Positions 29,660 through 40,074 of a stretch of DNA of 64,000 bases are shown here, one piece after another. The notes beneath the pieces are model-generated. The model was given only the letters and a program-made list of their open reading frames with translations. It ran no database searches and was not told the DNA's origin. The DNA is from Deltaproteobacteria bacterium (GTDB lineage: Bacteria; Myxococcota; Kuafuiibacteriia; Kuafuiibacteriales; Kuafuiibacteriaceae). Position 1 is the first letter of the stretch; each line of letters begins with the position of its first letter. Both the position numbers and the translations under genes were made by a program. The DNA lies in assembly GCA_040218735.1 (NCBI GenBank), contig JAVJQW010000023.1, forward strand, positions 128,001 through 192,000, written 5' to 3'.

Positions 29660-31219
29660 TCACTGCAACAAACGGAGGATCCCGTTGGCGCCGACCAGAT
29701 ACACGTCGCCGCCGAAACGATGCACGGTGCGCAGCCCGTCGAGCTCACTCGCGAACGGCCCGGTGTCGAGGAGGACTTTGGCCACGCGGCCGTCCGGTCC
29801 GAGCTCGACCAGCTCCGAGCGCCCCGCGGTCCACGCGAACACACCCGATTCCGACGCCGCCACGACCGTGACGTCCGAGAGAGACTCCGGCGCCCCGCCC
29901 GCCACGGGGACCCGGAAGTACCCGCCGCCGTTCGCGCGATAGTAGGCGTACCCGCCCGCGACCCCCACGACGAAGCCCTGCGTGGATACGAGCTCTTGCC
30001 GCGCACCCGTGCGGACGTTCGACTTCGCGACGAAGCGCCCATTCACGGGGGACCACACCACCTCGTCACCGACGACCACCAGTCCGTCGGTTTGGAACAG
30101 CTGGTCTTCGAAGAGCGACGCCGGGCTCCCGTCGAGGGGAACGCGGTAGAGCCCCGTCGTGACGATGCTGTCGTAGTCGACGAGGTTGCAGACCAAGCTG
30201 TCCGCGTGGCCCGCGAGCGCCTGGCACCAGACGCTCGACGAGCTCGGCCCCGCGCCGCCGACCTGGCGGGGGACGTCGCGCCAGGCGGTCAACAGCCCGT
30301 CGGCCGGCCCGCGCAGCAACATCCCGCTCGCGAGCGCGGCGTAGACCTGCCCCCCGGCGACCGCGAGCCCGTCCAGGTAGTCACCGTCGAAGTCCCGGTA
30401 CGCGATGCGCGTCGAGCTCGACGCGAGGTCGACCGCCCAGACCGTCGCGGCGCCGCTGTCTCGGCCATCGCGGGCGACATACACCGTCCCGCCCGCCGCC
30501 ACCGCGAGGCCCGCCGGTCCGAACTCCGCGACGGGTCCCTCGATGCAGACGATCCCCGCCCCCGAGCACACCGCGCCTCCCGGACACGTCCCGCACGACA
30601 CACCCTGAACGCTCCCGCACACGCGGCCGGTGCCGGCGCAGACGTCGACGCAGAGCCCGTCGGTGCATGCGCTCTGGGCTGGGCAGTCCTCGTTCCGCAC
30701 ACACTCGACACACCCGCCGCCCGCAAACGACTCGGGCCACGCGGGGGGCAACGCGTCACCGCAGACCATGTTCAGGTCAGTGCAGTCGAGGCTGCTGTCG
30801 CACGCGCGCGTCGCGACGCACGAACCGCCGATACACGGGAGCTCGTTGCACTCCGCGGCGGAGTTACACGCGGCGCACCGCCCCGCCCCGCGATCGCAGA
30901 CGAGGCCCGCGCTCGTGCACTCGAGGTCGCTCTGACACGGCGTCGCCGACGCACACACGCCTTCGTCGCAGATGGAGTCGATCGGACAGTCCGAGGTCAC
31001 GCGACACTCGACGCACGCACCGCGGATTCGATCGCACACACCTTGCGCGCAGTCGGCGCCGGTCTGGCAGGGCGTGGGTTGGACGACGACGCCGCCGTCG
31101 GCCTGGGCGCCGGCGTCGCGCGGCGTGCCGGTCGGCGCCACGTCGATGCGTCGTTCGGAGGAGCACGCCGCGGCGAAGCCGATCAGCGTGAAGAGGAGAA
31201 CGCGAGGGAGGTGCGTCAT
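29660..31219 (-). CDS. Cys-rich (EGF/Dickkopf-like repeats) lipoprotein with probable C-terminal beta-propeller
   Basis: Lipobox AAAC; repeated C..C...DC units; C-terminal blades (VYVA, QVYAA, VVWS, AYYR, VFAW). Confidence 0.75.
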   Translation of the reverse strand: MTHLPRVLLFTLIGFAAACSSERRIDVAPTGTPRDAGAQADGGVVVQPTPCQTGADCAQGVCDRIRGACVECRVTSDCPIDSICDEGVCASATPCQSDLECTSAGLVCDRGAGRCAACNSAAECNELPCIGGSCVATRACDSSLDCTDLNMVCGDALPPAWPESFAGGGCVECVRNEDCPAQSACTDGLCVDVCAGTGRVCGSVQGVSCGTCPGGAVCSGAGIVCIEGPVAEFGPAGLAVAAGGTVYVARDGRDSGAATVWAVDLASSSTRIAYRDFDGDYLDGLAVAGGQVYAALASGMLLRGPADGLLTAWRDVPRQVGGAGPSSSSVWCQALAGHADSLVCNLVDYDSIVTTGLYRVPLDGSPASLFEDQLFQTDGLVVVGDEVVWSPVNGRFVAKSNVRTGARQELVSTQGFVVGVAGGYAYYRANGGGYFRVPVAGGAPESLSDVTVVAASESGVFAWTAGRSELVELGPDGRVAKVLLDTGPFASELDGLRTVHRFGGDVYLVGANGILRLLQ

Positions 31220-31289
31220 GCGTCGGGGATCGCACGACGGGGGTGATGGAGGCGAGCCTTGACTCGCCCCCATCGAAACAGCCGTGGGT

Positions 31290-32432
31290 CTAAAGGCCGA
31301 GCTCGCTCTTGAGCGCGTCGACGCGGTCCGTCTTCTCCCACGAGAACTCCGGGTTGCCGAAGTGCCCGTAGGCGGCGGTGCGCGCGAAGACCGGCTTCTT
31401 GAGGTCGAGCGTCGAGATGATGCCCTTCGGGGTCATGTCGAAGAGCTTGTTGATCGCGTCGGAGATCTTCTGCTCGTCGACGTTCGCCGTGCCGAAGCAA
31501 TCGACGTGGACCGAGACCGGGTCCACGACGCCGATCGCGTAGGCGAGCTGCACTTCGCAGCGCGACGCCGCGCCCGAGGCCACAACGTTCTTCGCGATGT
31601 AGCGCGACATGTACGCGGCCGAGCGGTCGACCTTGCTCGGGTCCTTGCCGGAGAACGCGCCGCCGCCGTGGCGGCCCATGCCACCGTACGTGTCGACGAT
31701 GATCTTGCGCCCGGTGAGCCCCGCGTCGCCGTGGGGCCCGCCCACCACGAACCGGCCCGTGGGGTTGATGTGGTACTTCACGTCCTTCGCGAGGTGCTCG
31801 GCCGGGATGGTCTTCTTGATGACCTCCTCGATGATGCCCTCGTGAATCTGCGCGTTCTCGGCGTCCTCGGCGTGCTGCGAGGAGATGACGACGGTCGTGA
31901 CCTCCTTCGGCTTGCCGTTCTCGTAACGCACCGTGACCTGGCCCTTACCGTCGGGGCGAAGGAAGGGGAGCGTGCCGTTCTTCCGAACGTTCGTGAGCTG
32001 GCGCATCAGCCGGTGCGAGTAGTCGATCGGCATCGGCATCAGCTCCGGCGTCTCGTCGACGGCGAAGCCGAACATCATGCCCTGATCGCCCGCGCCGTCG
32101 CGGTCGACGCCCATCGCGATGTCCGGGGACTGCTTGTTGATGGCGTTCAGGACGGCGCAGGACTTGTAATCGAAGCCCATGGCGGAGTCGTCGTAGCCGA
32201 TCTTCTCGACGACGCCGCGGACGAGATCCTGCACGTCGACGTAGGTCTTGGACGTGACTTCACCGCCGACGATGACGATTCCGGTCATGCACATCGTCTC
32301 GACGGCCACGCGGGAATGGGGGTCGCCGGCCAGCAGGGCGTCGAGGATGGTGTCGGACACCTGGTCGCTGACCTTGTCGGGGTGGCCCTCATTTACGGAT
32401 TCTGAGGTGAAGACGAAGTCTTTGAGGCTCAT
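31290..32432 (-). CDS. metK: S-adenosylmethionine synthetase
   Basis: [50 protein letters not shown]; RBS AAGGAG. Confidence 0.98.
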   Translation of the reverse strand: MSLKDFVFTSESVNEGHPDKVSDQVSDTILDALLAGDPHSRVAVETMCMTGIVIVGGEVTSKTYVDVQDLVRGVVEKIGYDDSAMGFDYKSCAVLNAINKQSPDIAMGVDRDGAGDQGMMFGFAVDETPELMPMPIDYSHRLMRQLTNVRKNGTLPFLRPDGKGQVTVRYENGKPKEVTTVVISSQHAEDAENAQIHEGIIEEVIKKTIPAEHLAKDVKYHINPTGRFVVGGPHGDAGLTGRKIIVDTYGGMGRHGGGAFSGKDPSKVDRSAAYMSRYIAKNVVASGAASRCEVQLAYAIGVVDPVSVHVDCFGTANVDEQKISDAINKLFDMTPKGIISTLDLKKPVFARTAAYGHFGNPEFSWEKTDRVDALKSELGL

Positions 32433-32566
32433 GTTTGCGGATCTCCTTCGGTTCTCGCGCTTCTTCGATGTTGCGAGCAGCGGGCGTATCAACGCCGCCA
32501 GCCATCGTCAACTGCAGCAGTCGCGCGCTTGCGGCCGGGTCTAACCCCACGCTACATTTCGAAACG

Positions 32567-33946
32567 GTGCCACCACCGAGCGCCGCTGAAACAAAACGCT
32601 CCGTCTGTCGTGCGTTGACCAACGTCGTCAAGGCGAGCCGCCTGAGCGGATCGATCGATCCCAAGTCGTTCTTCATGATGGTGAACACCAACTTTGGTGT
32701 TCTGCATCGAGGAGGGACGGTGGATCTTCGGCCGTTATGGGACGCGCTCGCCGCGAGTCACCCGGCGACGTCCCTGTACGGCCTGTTCCTCAAGTTCGCG
32801 GAATCCATGGAGCACCTCGGGTACGCCGTGGAGCTTCCGCCTCAGGTCGAAGCGCTCGACGACGCCAGCCGCGCGAGCGCGTTCCAAACGTTCTCCGAGC
32901 ACGGGTCGCAAGCGGACATCGTATTCGGTGACTCGGGCTCGTTCGAGAGCCTGGACGCGCTGGTCGACAACCAGGTGCAGGAGCTGAACCTCGCGACCGG
33001 TGACCTCAAGCCGTTCATCCCGGACGAGACCCGGCGCCAGATTACGCAGTACGTCGTGTACGCCGTGAAGGCCGCGCCCGTCGGGAAGCTCGTCGACGCA
33101 CACCAGCTCGCCTACCTCGTCGACACGAACTTCGAAGACCTCTTCGACGGCCAGCACTTCGACTTCAACCCCGTCCTCCAGGGCATGCGGGAGCTCGGCG
33201 AGTTCAAGGACGACGACGTGTACGTCGCCATCATTCGACTCGAGCAAAAGCTGCACGGGATGGGCTTCGAGCTCGCGCCCGTCACGCTCAACGTCGATCC
33301 GGCGCACGCCGAGGCGCTCCTGAAGGAAGCCGAAGCCCGAGAGCGCCAGGCCGCGCAGGAGGCCGCGAACGCGGTCGCCCAGACCCGCGCGACGTCGGTC
33401 TCGCAGGTCCCCGAGATCGGCGAGCCGGTCAAGGAGGAGACGAGCGACAAACAGACCCGCAAGGATCGCTCGCTCGCCAAGTACGGCATCAAGAAGAACC
33501 GCTCGAAGCGCGCGCAGATGATCCGCTACGCGGTGCTCGGCGTCGCGGCCGTCGGCGTGCTCGTGTTCGGCGTCGTCACCTGGCCGAACCGCTCCGTGGA
33601 TCCAAACGAGTTCTCCACGACCATCCCGCTCGCGGAAGCCAAGATCCGAGCGAACGGGCTGTACGGAAAGCTGAACGACACCGCGTGGTGGAAGCTCAGC
33701 ACCCAGGAACGCACCGCCCGCATCGCGTCCTTCACGACCTACGTGCAAAAGCGCGGCATCGACCGCGACCTGCAGATCCGCGATCAGCAGGATCGGGTGG
33801 TGGTGAGCGCCACCCGCGACGGTCGAATCGTCGCCGCGAAGTTCTTCGAGTTCGGGACCCGCGACGGCACCATCCCCGAAGAGGTCCGCGAGAAGTTGAA
33901 GCAGACGATCCCGGACGACGCGCAGAAGGTCGTCGAAAAGAACTGA
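32567..33946 (+). CDS. Hypothetical single-pass membrane protein with an internally duplicated ~85 aa domain
   Basis: Long GC3-biased ORF; GTG 32567 chosen as start; TM segment YAVLGVAAVGVLVFGVVTW. Confidence 0.75.
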   Translation: MPPPSAAETKRSVCRALTNVVKASRLSGSIDPKSFFMMVNTNFGVLHRGGTVDLRPLWDALAASHPATSLYGLFLKFAESMEHLGYAVELPPQVEALDDASRASAFQTFSEHGSQADIVFGDSGSFESLDALVDNQVQELNLATGDLKPFIPDETRRQITQYVVYAVKAAPVGKLVDAHQLAYLVDTNFEDLFDGQHFDFNPVLQGMRELGEFKDDDVYVAIIRLEQKLHGMGFELAPVTLNVDPAHAEALLKEAEARERQAAQEAANAVAQTRATSVSQVPEIGEPVKEETSDKQTRKDRSLAKYGIKKNRSKRAQMIRYAVLGVAAVGVLVFGVVTWPNRSVDPNEFSTTIPLAEAKIRANGLYGKLNDTAWWKLSTQERTARIASFTTYVQKRGIDRDLQIRDQQDRVVVSATRDGRIVAAKFFEFGTRDGTIPEEVREKLKQTIPDDAQKVVEKN

Positions 33947-33966
33947 ATGCCGGGCGGCCCGAAGCG

Positions 33967-34671
33967 ATGAGCGCCCCCACCCGCGCCGCGTTGGACTCGA
34001 AGCGCTTCGGCGTGGAGGTGTTCCGCAGCCACGTCGAGGACGCGGACGACGCAACCGCCGCGATCGCTTGCGACGCGGACCTCGTCATCACCCGCGTCCG
34101 CACCCACGACGTCGGACTCGTGCAGCGCCTCGAAGGCGCCGGCTTCTTCCTCACCGACACGCTCGTCTACTTTCGTGGAGAGACCGCGTCGTTCGCGGCG
34201 CCCGGCTCCGTCGACGGCCTCCAGATTCGCGAGGTGCACGCGAAGGAACGCGCCCAGCTCGAAGACGTGTCGCGAGGCGCCTTCGCCGACTTCTTCGGGC
34301 ACTACCACACCGATCCTCGCATCGACGCGGCGGTCGCGACGGAGGGCTACGTCGAGTGGTCGTGCTCGGCGCTCGACTGGACGGATGGCTTCGTCCTCGG
34401 CGCGTTCGACGACGAAGTGCTCACCGGGTTCGCCACCGTGAAGATCGACGACGAGGCGGGGGAGATCGTCCTCAACGGCGTCGCGCCCAACTACCAGCGA
34501 CGCGGAATCTACGGCGCGCTCGTGCAGACCATCGGACACCGGCTCCGCGCGCGCGGCACGAATCGAATCTTCTCGTCGACGCAGATCCAGAACCTGGGAC
34601 CACAGAAGACCTGGGCACGCGCGGGGCTGCTCCCCGCCGAGTCCTGGTACACTTTTCACCGCTGGCCGTGA
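33967..34671 (+). CDS. GNAT family acetyltransferase (WecD/RffC-like)
   Basis: LDSKRFG, GFFLTDTL, HYHTDPR, YQRRGIY, STQIQN, YTFHRW. Confidence 0.8.
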   Translation: MSAPTRAALDSKRFGVEVFRSHVEDADDATAAIACDADLVITRVRTHDVGLVQRLEGAGFFLTDTLVYFRGETASFAAPGSVDGLQIREVHAKERAQLEDVSRGAFADFFGHYHTDPRIDAAVATEGYVEWSCSALDWTDGFVLGAFDDEVLTGFATVKIDDEAGEIVLNGVAPNYQRRGIYGALVQTIGHRLRARGTNRIFSSTQIQNLGPQKTWARAGLLPAESWYTFHRWP

Positions 34672-34675
34672 GGCC

Positions 34676-36403
34676 TCACAGCCCGTGCTCGGCGAGGCAG
34701 GCTTCGACGTCGCGCGCCGTCGGTAGGCCGCACGCTTCGAGCACCGCGGCGCGACACACCGACGCATCCACGCTCCGCAGCGCGCGCTTCACCAGCGGTA
34801 TCGAGCCGCCGGTCATCGAGAGGCGCTCGAACCCGAGCCCGATGAGGAGCGGCGCTCGATTCGGGTCCCCGGCGATCTCTCCGCAGAGCGTCACCGGCTT
34901 CTTCGCCGCGCGCGCCGACGCCACGATGTTGGCGAGGATCCGCAACACCGCGGGGTGCGTGACGCCGTAGCGCGCGTTGAGCTCGTCATCGCTCCGGTCC
35001 GCGGCGAGGACGAACTGCAGCAGGTCGTTCGTGCCGACGGAGATGAAGTCGACCTCGTGCAGCAGGTGGTCGACGATCATCGCGGCGGCCGGGGTCTCGA
35101 TCATCACCCCCACGGGCACCGGCTGCGCCAGTGGACCATCGCGCGCTTCCACGCGCGCGCGTGCCTCCTCGATCAAGCGGCGCGCGTGGCGCACTTCGTC
35201 GACGGAGGTCACGAAGGGCAGCAACAACTTCACCGGGCCGTAGCGGCTCGCAGCGAGGATGCCTTCGAGCTGCTCGCCGAAGACGTCGGGATCGGCGAGG
35301 CTCCGCCGGATCGCGCGCTGGCCGAGCATCTCGTTCGCGGTCTGAATCGCGTTCACGTCGGCGAAGCTCTTGTCGCCGCCTTCGTCGAAGGTGCGGATCG
35401 TGACCTCGAGCCCGCCCATCGCCTCGATGACCCGCCGGTAGACGCGCGTGTGCGCCTCGGCGCCGTTCAGATCCGGCTCCTCGATGCGCAGGAACTCGGT
35501 GCGGTACAGCCCGATCCCCTCCGCGCCCTTCTCGAGCAGCGGCTGGACCTCGGGGGACACCTCGACGTTGCCGAGCAGGGTCACGCGCTGGCCATCGCGG
35601 GTCTGGGCGAGGGTGTCGCGATCCGCGAGGAGGACCTCGGCTTCTTCCCGCCGACGACGCGCGAGCGCTTCGTACGCCGCCGTGGTTTCGACGGAGGGCC
35701 GCAACACGACTTCGCCGCGCTCGCCGTCGACGATCAGCTCGTCGCCACTCCCGGCGTGGCGCATGATGCCTTCGGTGCTCAGCACACACGGGACGTCCAG
35801 CGCGCGCGCGAGGATCGCGGTGTGTGAAGTCCGCCCGCCGTGCTCGGTGACGAACGCGAGCGCCGCGAACTTGGCGAGCGCGACGGTGTCCGCGGGCGAC
35901 AGATCGTAGGCGACGATGATGGCGTCGTCGGAGACGTGGTCGAGCAGGTCCGTCGCCTCGCCGACGAGGTTGCGCAGCACACGATCCCCGACGATGTCGA
36001 CGTCGCTCCGCCGCTCGCGGAAGTAGTCCTCCTCGAGCCGCTCGAAGAGCCCCTTGATCTGCGCGACGGTGTCCTTGAGCGCCCACTCCGCGTTCTGGCC
36101 GTCGTCGAGGATGCGCTGGATCGTCGTGTCGCGGAGGGCGGCGTCGCGCAGGATCATCCCGTGCGCGGAGAGCAAGGCTTCGACCTGCGACAGCCCGCTC
36201 TTCGACGCGCGCTGCTCGAGCTCTTCGAGCTGCCGCATCGACGCTCCGACCGCGCGCTCGAAGCGCTCCTTCTCACGTTCGCGGTCGCCGTGCGCGACGT
36301 GATAGTGCGGCACGGTCACCCGGCGACGATCCACGAGGTGGACGCGTCCGAACGCGATCCCTGAGCACACCCCGACGCCCCGAAAGGTCCGCGTCAGGCT
36401 CAC
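34676..36403 (-). CDS. ptsI: Phosphoenolpyruvate-protein phosphotransferase (PTS enzyme I)
   Basis: GRTSHTAIL active site, GIGLYRTEF, IRTFD.GGDK, MIETP, SVGTNDL, CGE.AG; no N-terminal GAF. Confidence 0.95.
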   Translation of the reverse strand: MSLTRTFRGVGVCSGIAFGRVHLVDRRRVTVPHYHVAHGDREREKERFERAVGASMRQLEELEQRASKSGLSQVEALLSAHGMILRDAALRDTTIQRILDDGQNAEWALKDTVAQIKGLFERLEEDYFRERRSDVDIVGDRVLRNLVGEATDLLDHVSDDAIIVAYDLSPADTVALAKFAALAFVTEHGGRTSHTAILARALDVPCVLSTEGIMRHAGSGDELIVDGERGEVVLRPSVETTAAYEALARRRREEAEVLLADRDTLAQTRDGQRVTLLGNVEVSPEVQPLLEKGAEGIGLYRTEFLRIEEPDLNGAEAHTRVYRRVIEAMGGLEVTIRTFDEGGDKSFADVNAIQTANEMLGQRAIRRSLADPDVFGEQLEGILAASRYGPVKLLLPFVTSVDEVRHARRLIEEARARVEARDGPLAQPVPVGVMIETPAAAMIVDHLLHEVDFISVGTNDLLQFVLAADRSDDELNARYGVTHPAVLRILANIVASARAAKKPVTLCGEIAGDPNRAPLLIGLGFERLSMTGGSIPLVKRALRSVDASVCRAAVLEACGLPTARDVEACLAEHGL

Positions 36404-37209
36404 GCGGTCCCCTCGTCGAAGCCGGAGGCGAACAGCGCCGCGATGCGCTCGTACGACGCGCGGGCGTCCGGTCCGCTCACCACGATGTCGAGCACGGCAC
36501 CCCGCGCGGCCCCGAGGGTCGTGAGACCGAGGAGGCTCTTCGCGTTCACCATCTGCCCGTCGCGTCCGACCTCGATGTCCGCGGCCAAGCTCCCCGCGAG
36601 CCGTGCGAAGACGTGCGCCGCGCGCAGGTGCAGCCCGCGCTCGTTCACGACCTCGAGCTGACCGCGCACGGTCTCACCGTCCTCGACCGGCGGGGACGAC
36701 GCGGCGGCGGGTGCGGAGGGCTCGGATCCCAGCGGCTCGCCGTGGGCGTTCTTGCGATCGTCGTCGGGGAGGGGCTGCACCACGACCCGGACGCCGCGTC
36801 CCTCGATCGCGGTGATCACGGCGTAGTCCGACTCGCCGAGGTGCACCGACGGGTGCACTTCGCCGCGGCCCGGTGCACTCGGGACGTGCCCGATGTTGAG
36901 CTCGTCGAACAGCAGCCCGAACCGCAACGCAGCGAGCGCCGAATCGAGCGACGAGAACAACACGATCGCGGGGCGGTCCAACACGATGCTCTTCATCGCC
37001 GCGGCGACCTTCGTCTCGCTCGTGAAGCAGACCTCCACCGCGTCCATCGCGGACATCTCCAGGATGGTCCGCTGCCGATCGTTCTTCTCGACCCGCTCGT
37101 CGGCGATGATGATCCACTCTGCGCCGAGCGCCGGGACCCATGCGTTCATCAGCGTCGCGTGAACGAGCCGCGGATCCACGCGGAAGAGAATGGTCCGCGC
37201 CTCAGGCAT
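36400..37209 (-). CDS. Fusion of PTS mannose/sorbose-type EIIB and HPr
   Basis: N-terminal RVDPRLVH...W (EIIB, compare RIDDRLIH), LNIG; Pro/Ala linker; C-terminal VVNERGLHLRAA (His15) and NAKSLLGL (Ser46). Confidence 0.88.
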   Translation of the reverse strand: MPEARTILFRVDPRLVHATLMNAWVPALGAEWIIIADERVEKNDRQRTILEMSAMDAVEVCFTSETKVAAAMKSIVLDRPAIVLFSSLDSALAALRFGLLFDELNIGHVPSAPGRGEVHPSVHLGESDYAVITAIEGRGVRVVVQPLPDDDRKNAHGEPLGSEPSAPAAASSPPVEDGETVRGQLEVVNERGLHLRAAHVFARLAGSLAADIEVGRDGQMVNAKSLLGLTTLGAARGAVLDIVVSGPDARASYERIAALFASGFDEGTA

Positions 37210-37618
37210 CCTGCTCACGCTCCTTCAGCAGCTCACTCGCGACGATGACGTTGCGCTGCCCGTAGAACTTGAGGAGCTGCGCGAGCGACGACAGGTCCGT
37301 CGACGTCGCGATCGCCGACGACAGCTTGAGCAGCATCGGCAAGTTGCACCCGGTCACGACTTCGATGCGTTGGTCGCCGACCATCCGCAGCGCGACGTTG
37401 GATGCGGTCCCGCCGAACATGTCGGCGAGGATGAGCACGCCGTCCCCGGCGTCGACCCGAACGACCGCGGCGCGGATGCGCTCCTCGACCTCGTTCAGCG
37501 GCTCATGACGCGAGATCGCGAGCGCCTCGGCGGACGGAAAGGGGCCGACGATCTCCCCCGCGGTGCCGAGCAGCGCTTCCGCGAGCTGCCCGTGGCTGAC
37601 GACCAACAGACCGATCAA
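37202..37618 (-). CDS. PTS mannose/fructose-type EIIA
   Basis: MIGLLVVSHG, DMFGGT.SN, TGCNLPML. Confidence 0.92.
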   Translation of the reverse strand: MIGLLVVSHGQLAEALLGTAGEIVGPFPSAEALAISRHEPLNEVEERIRAAVVRVDAGDGVLILADMFGGTASNVALRMVGDQRIEVVTGCNLPMLLKLSSAIATSTDLSSLAQLLKFYGQRNVIVASELLKEREQDA

Positions 37619-37651
37619 GAACTGCGGATTCTACCCGATCTTCGGGCGGCC

Positions 37652-38524
37652 CTAGCGTGAAACGTCACGATGGCGGACGTGCACGCGACGCCCCCCCTCC
37701 GCGAGGTATTCTGCGACCCGCTCGGCGATCGCGACGGACCGGTGGCGGCCCCCCGTACAGCCGATCGCGACCGTCACGTATGCCTTCCCCTCCTTTTCGT
37801 AGCGAGGGAGGAGGAAGTCGACCATCGGCAGGAGCCGCTCCAGAAAGGCCACCGTATCCTCGTTCGTGAGGACGAACTTCGAGACCTCCGGGTCCTTCCC
37901 GGACTGCTCGCGGAGCCCCTCGACGAAGTAAGGGTTGGGGAGGAACCGGACGTCGAAGACCAGGTTGGCGTCCGAGGGGGTGCCGTACTTGAAACCGAAC
38001 GACGTCACCGTCACGGAGAGCTGCGCCATCCGCTCCGACCCGCCGAAGGCGTGTTGGATCGTCCGTCGCAGGTCGTGCACGGACATCTCGGTCGTATCGA
38101 TCGTCGTGGTCGCGGCCTGCGCGAGCGCCCCGAGGAGCTGGCGCTCCGCGGCGATGCCGGTCTCGACCGAACCGTCGATCGACAGCGGGTGTCGCCGACG
38201 TGTCTCCGAGAACCGACGCTCGAGCGCGGCGTCCGAGGCCTCGAGGAACACGAGGTCGACGTCGTGGCCCCCGGCGCGCGTCACCTCCAGCGCCCTCGGC
38301 ACACTCGCGAGCGCGTGGCCCTCGTCGGTGGCGCCCGCCGTGCGCGAGTCGACGACGAGCGCGACCTTCGACAGCTCGCGGTCCGCCGACGAGAACAGCT
38401 CGACCAACCCGTCGAGCAGGCGGATGGGGAGGTTGTCGATCGCGTAGTAACCGACATCCTCCAACGCACGGAGCGCGTTGGTCTTGCCGCTCCCGCTCAT
38501 CCCCGTGATGACGACGATCTGCAT
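37652..38524 (-). CDS. rapZ: RNase adapter RapZ (YvcJ)
   Basis: TGMSGSGK, DNLP, ETRRRHP, SFGFKYG, DVRFLPNP, GCTGGRHRSV. Confidence 0.96.
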   Translation of the reverse strand: MQIVVITGMSGSGKTNALRALEDVGYYAIDNLPIRLLDGLVELFSSADRELSKVALVVDSRTAGATDEGHALASVPRALEVTRAGGHDVDLVFLEASDAALERRFSETRRRHPLSIDGSVETGIAAERQLLGALAQAATTTIDTTEMSVHDLRRTIQHAFGGSERMAQLSVTVTSFGFKYGTPSDANLVFDVRFLPNPYFVEGLREQSGKDPEVSKFVLTNEDTVAFLERLLPMVDFLLPRYEKEGKAYVTVAIGCTGGRHRSVAIAERVAEYLAEGGRRVHVRHRDVSR

Positions 38525-39532
38525 CTACTCGACCTCGTCTTCCAGGTGGTCCGTCGCATCGAAGATCGCCTCGGCGACCTGCCCCAGCACCGGCGGTGAA
38601 GTCGGCTCCGACTCCAGCGCTTCCATGATCCTCAGGTTGAGCTGCTGGGGTGCGTTGTGCCCGCGCATGAGCAGCAGCAGGTTGCGGGCGGCGACCTCCA
38701 CGATGTTCGCGACGTTGCGTCCCGGTTGGACGGGAATCAAGAGCGACCGGACCTGGATGCCCAAGATGTCATACGTGCGCTCGTCGAGGCCCGTCCGATC
38801 GTAGGTCGTGCCTTGGGTCCAGGCCTCGAGCTCGACGTGGAGCTCGATGCGTTTGTGATCGCGCGTCGCGACCACGCCGTACAGCTCGGCGACGTTCAGG
38901 ATGCCCAAACCGCGGACCTCGATCAGGTGTTGGATCAACGCGGACGCCTGGCCGACCAGGTCCTCGCCGCGACGTCGGATCTCCACGACGTCGTCCGCGA
39001 CGAGTCTGTAGCCGCGCGACACGAGGTCGAGCGCGCACTCACTCTTGCCGATCCCCGACTTGCCGGTGATCAAGACGCCGACGCCGTTCACGTCGACGAG
39101 CACGCCGTGCACCGAGCAGCGCGGTGACAGCATGTCGTCGAGGTAGCTGAGGATCTTTCGGATGGCCTCCGACGAGGTCATCTGTGTGACGAACAGCGGC
39201 GTCGCCCGCCGCTCGCAGGCACGGATCAGGAGGTCGGGCAGGTGTAGGCCCTTCGTGACGACGACGCAGGCGAGGTCGAGCGCGAGGAAACCTTCGATCG
39301 CCAGCGCCGACGCGGCCTGGTCGAGCGTCGCGAGATAGGACAGCTCCGTCTCGCCGAGGATCTGCACGCGATCGCTGTGGACGAACGACGTGAACCCCGC
39401 GAGCGCGAGCCCCGGTTTCTGGATGCGCGCGCTCTTGAGGTGCCGGTGCATCCCGAAGCCGCCGGCGACCAGCTCCAACCCGATCGGCCCGGACGCGTGC
39501 TCGTAGAAGTCGCGGACGCTGATCTCGACCAT
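38525..39532 (-). CDS. hprK: HPr(Ser) kinase/phosphorylase
   Basis: QKPGLALAG, HGVLVDV.GVGVLI.GKSGIGKSE, LVADD, EVRGLG, PGRN. Confidence 0.96.
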   Translation of the reverse strand: MVEISVRDFYEHASGPIGLELVAGGFGMHRHLKSARIQKPGLALAGFTSFVHSDRVQILGETELSYLATLDQAASALAIEGFLALDLACVVVTKGLHLPDLLIRACERRATPLFVTQMTSSEAIRKILSYLDDMLSPRCSVHGVLVDVNGVGVLITGKSGIGKSECALDLVSRGYRLVADDVVEIRRRGEDLVGQASALIQHLIEVRGLGILNVAELYGVVATRDHKRIELHVELEAWTQGTTYDRTGLDERTYDILGIQVRSLLIPVQPGRNVANIVEVAARNLLLLMRGHNAPQQLNLRIMEALESEPTSPPVLGQVAEAIFDATDHLEDEVE

Positions 39533-39546
39533 CGCCGGGACGCCTC

Positions 39547-40014
39547 TCACGACAGGGTTGCATCCTTGTCGACCAGGAGGGTCCACATCGTCTCGGGCCC
39601 GTCGGCCACCAGCAGCGCGTCACGGAGCGCGGTGTCCTTGAACAACCGCGACATCCGCGCGAGGGCCTTGAGGTGCAGCCCCGACCCCACCCCTTCGGGC
39701 GCGAGGATCGTCATGAAGAGGAACGTGGGTTTTTTGTCGAGCGCGCCGAACTCGACCCCTTCCCGACTGCGGCCAAAACACGCGACGGGCTGGTCGAGGC
39801 GCTCCAGCCGGGCGTGCGGGATCGCGATCTGCGGGGAGACCCCGGTCGAGGCGATGCGCTCGCGCTCGATCAGGTAGCGGTGCGCGAGGTCGCGATCGAC
39901 CTGGGGGACGTGCTTGGCGATATGGGTCACCAGCTCGCCGAGGACCTCGTCACGCGTACGTGCGCCGAGCTCCGCGACGATGAGATCCTTCGACATCATG
40001 TCGACGACCCGCAT
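39547..40014 (-). CDS. ptsN: PTS EIIA (Ntr/fructose type)
   Basis: ERE...STG, IAIPHA, HLKALA. Confidence 0.88.
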   Translation of the reverse strand: MRVVDMMSKDLIVAELGARTRDEVLGELVTHIAKHVPQVDRDLAHRYLIERERIASTGVSPQIAIPHARLERLDQPVACFGRSREGVEFGALDKKPTFLFMTILAPEGVGSGLHLKALARMSRLFKDTALRDALLVADGPETMWTLLVDKDATLS

Positions 40015-40074
40015 CGCTTCGCGACCCTACTGAAATCCTTGGATCGCGTCCAAGGAAGATTTCGAAGCACACGC

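Noticed and set aside
32433-32566. SAM riboswitch or SahR operator upstream of metK
   Set aside because: No SAM-I/II core; only a weak half-site-like acatcgaagaa, not a convincing palindrome
34676-36403. ptsP (EI-Ntr)
   Set aside because: No N-terminal GAF domain; length fits ordinary enzyme I
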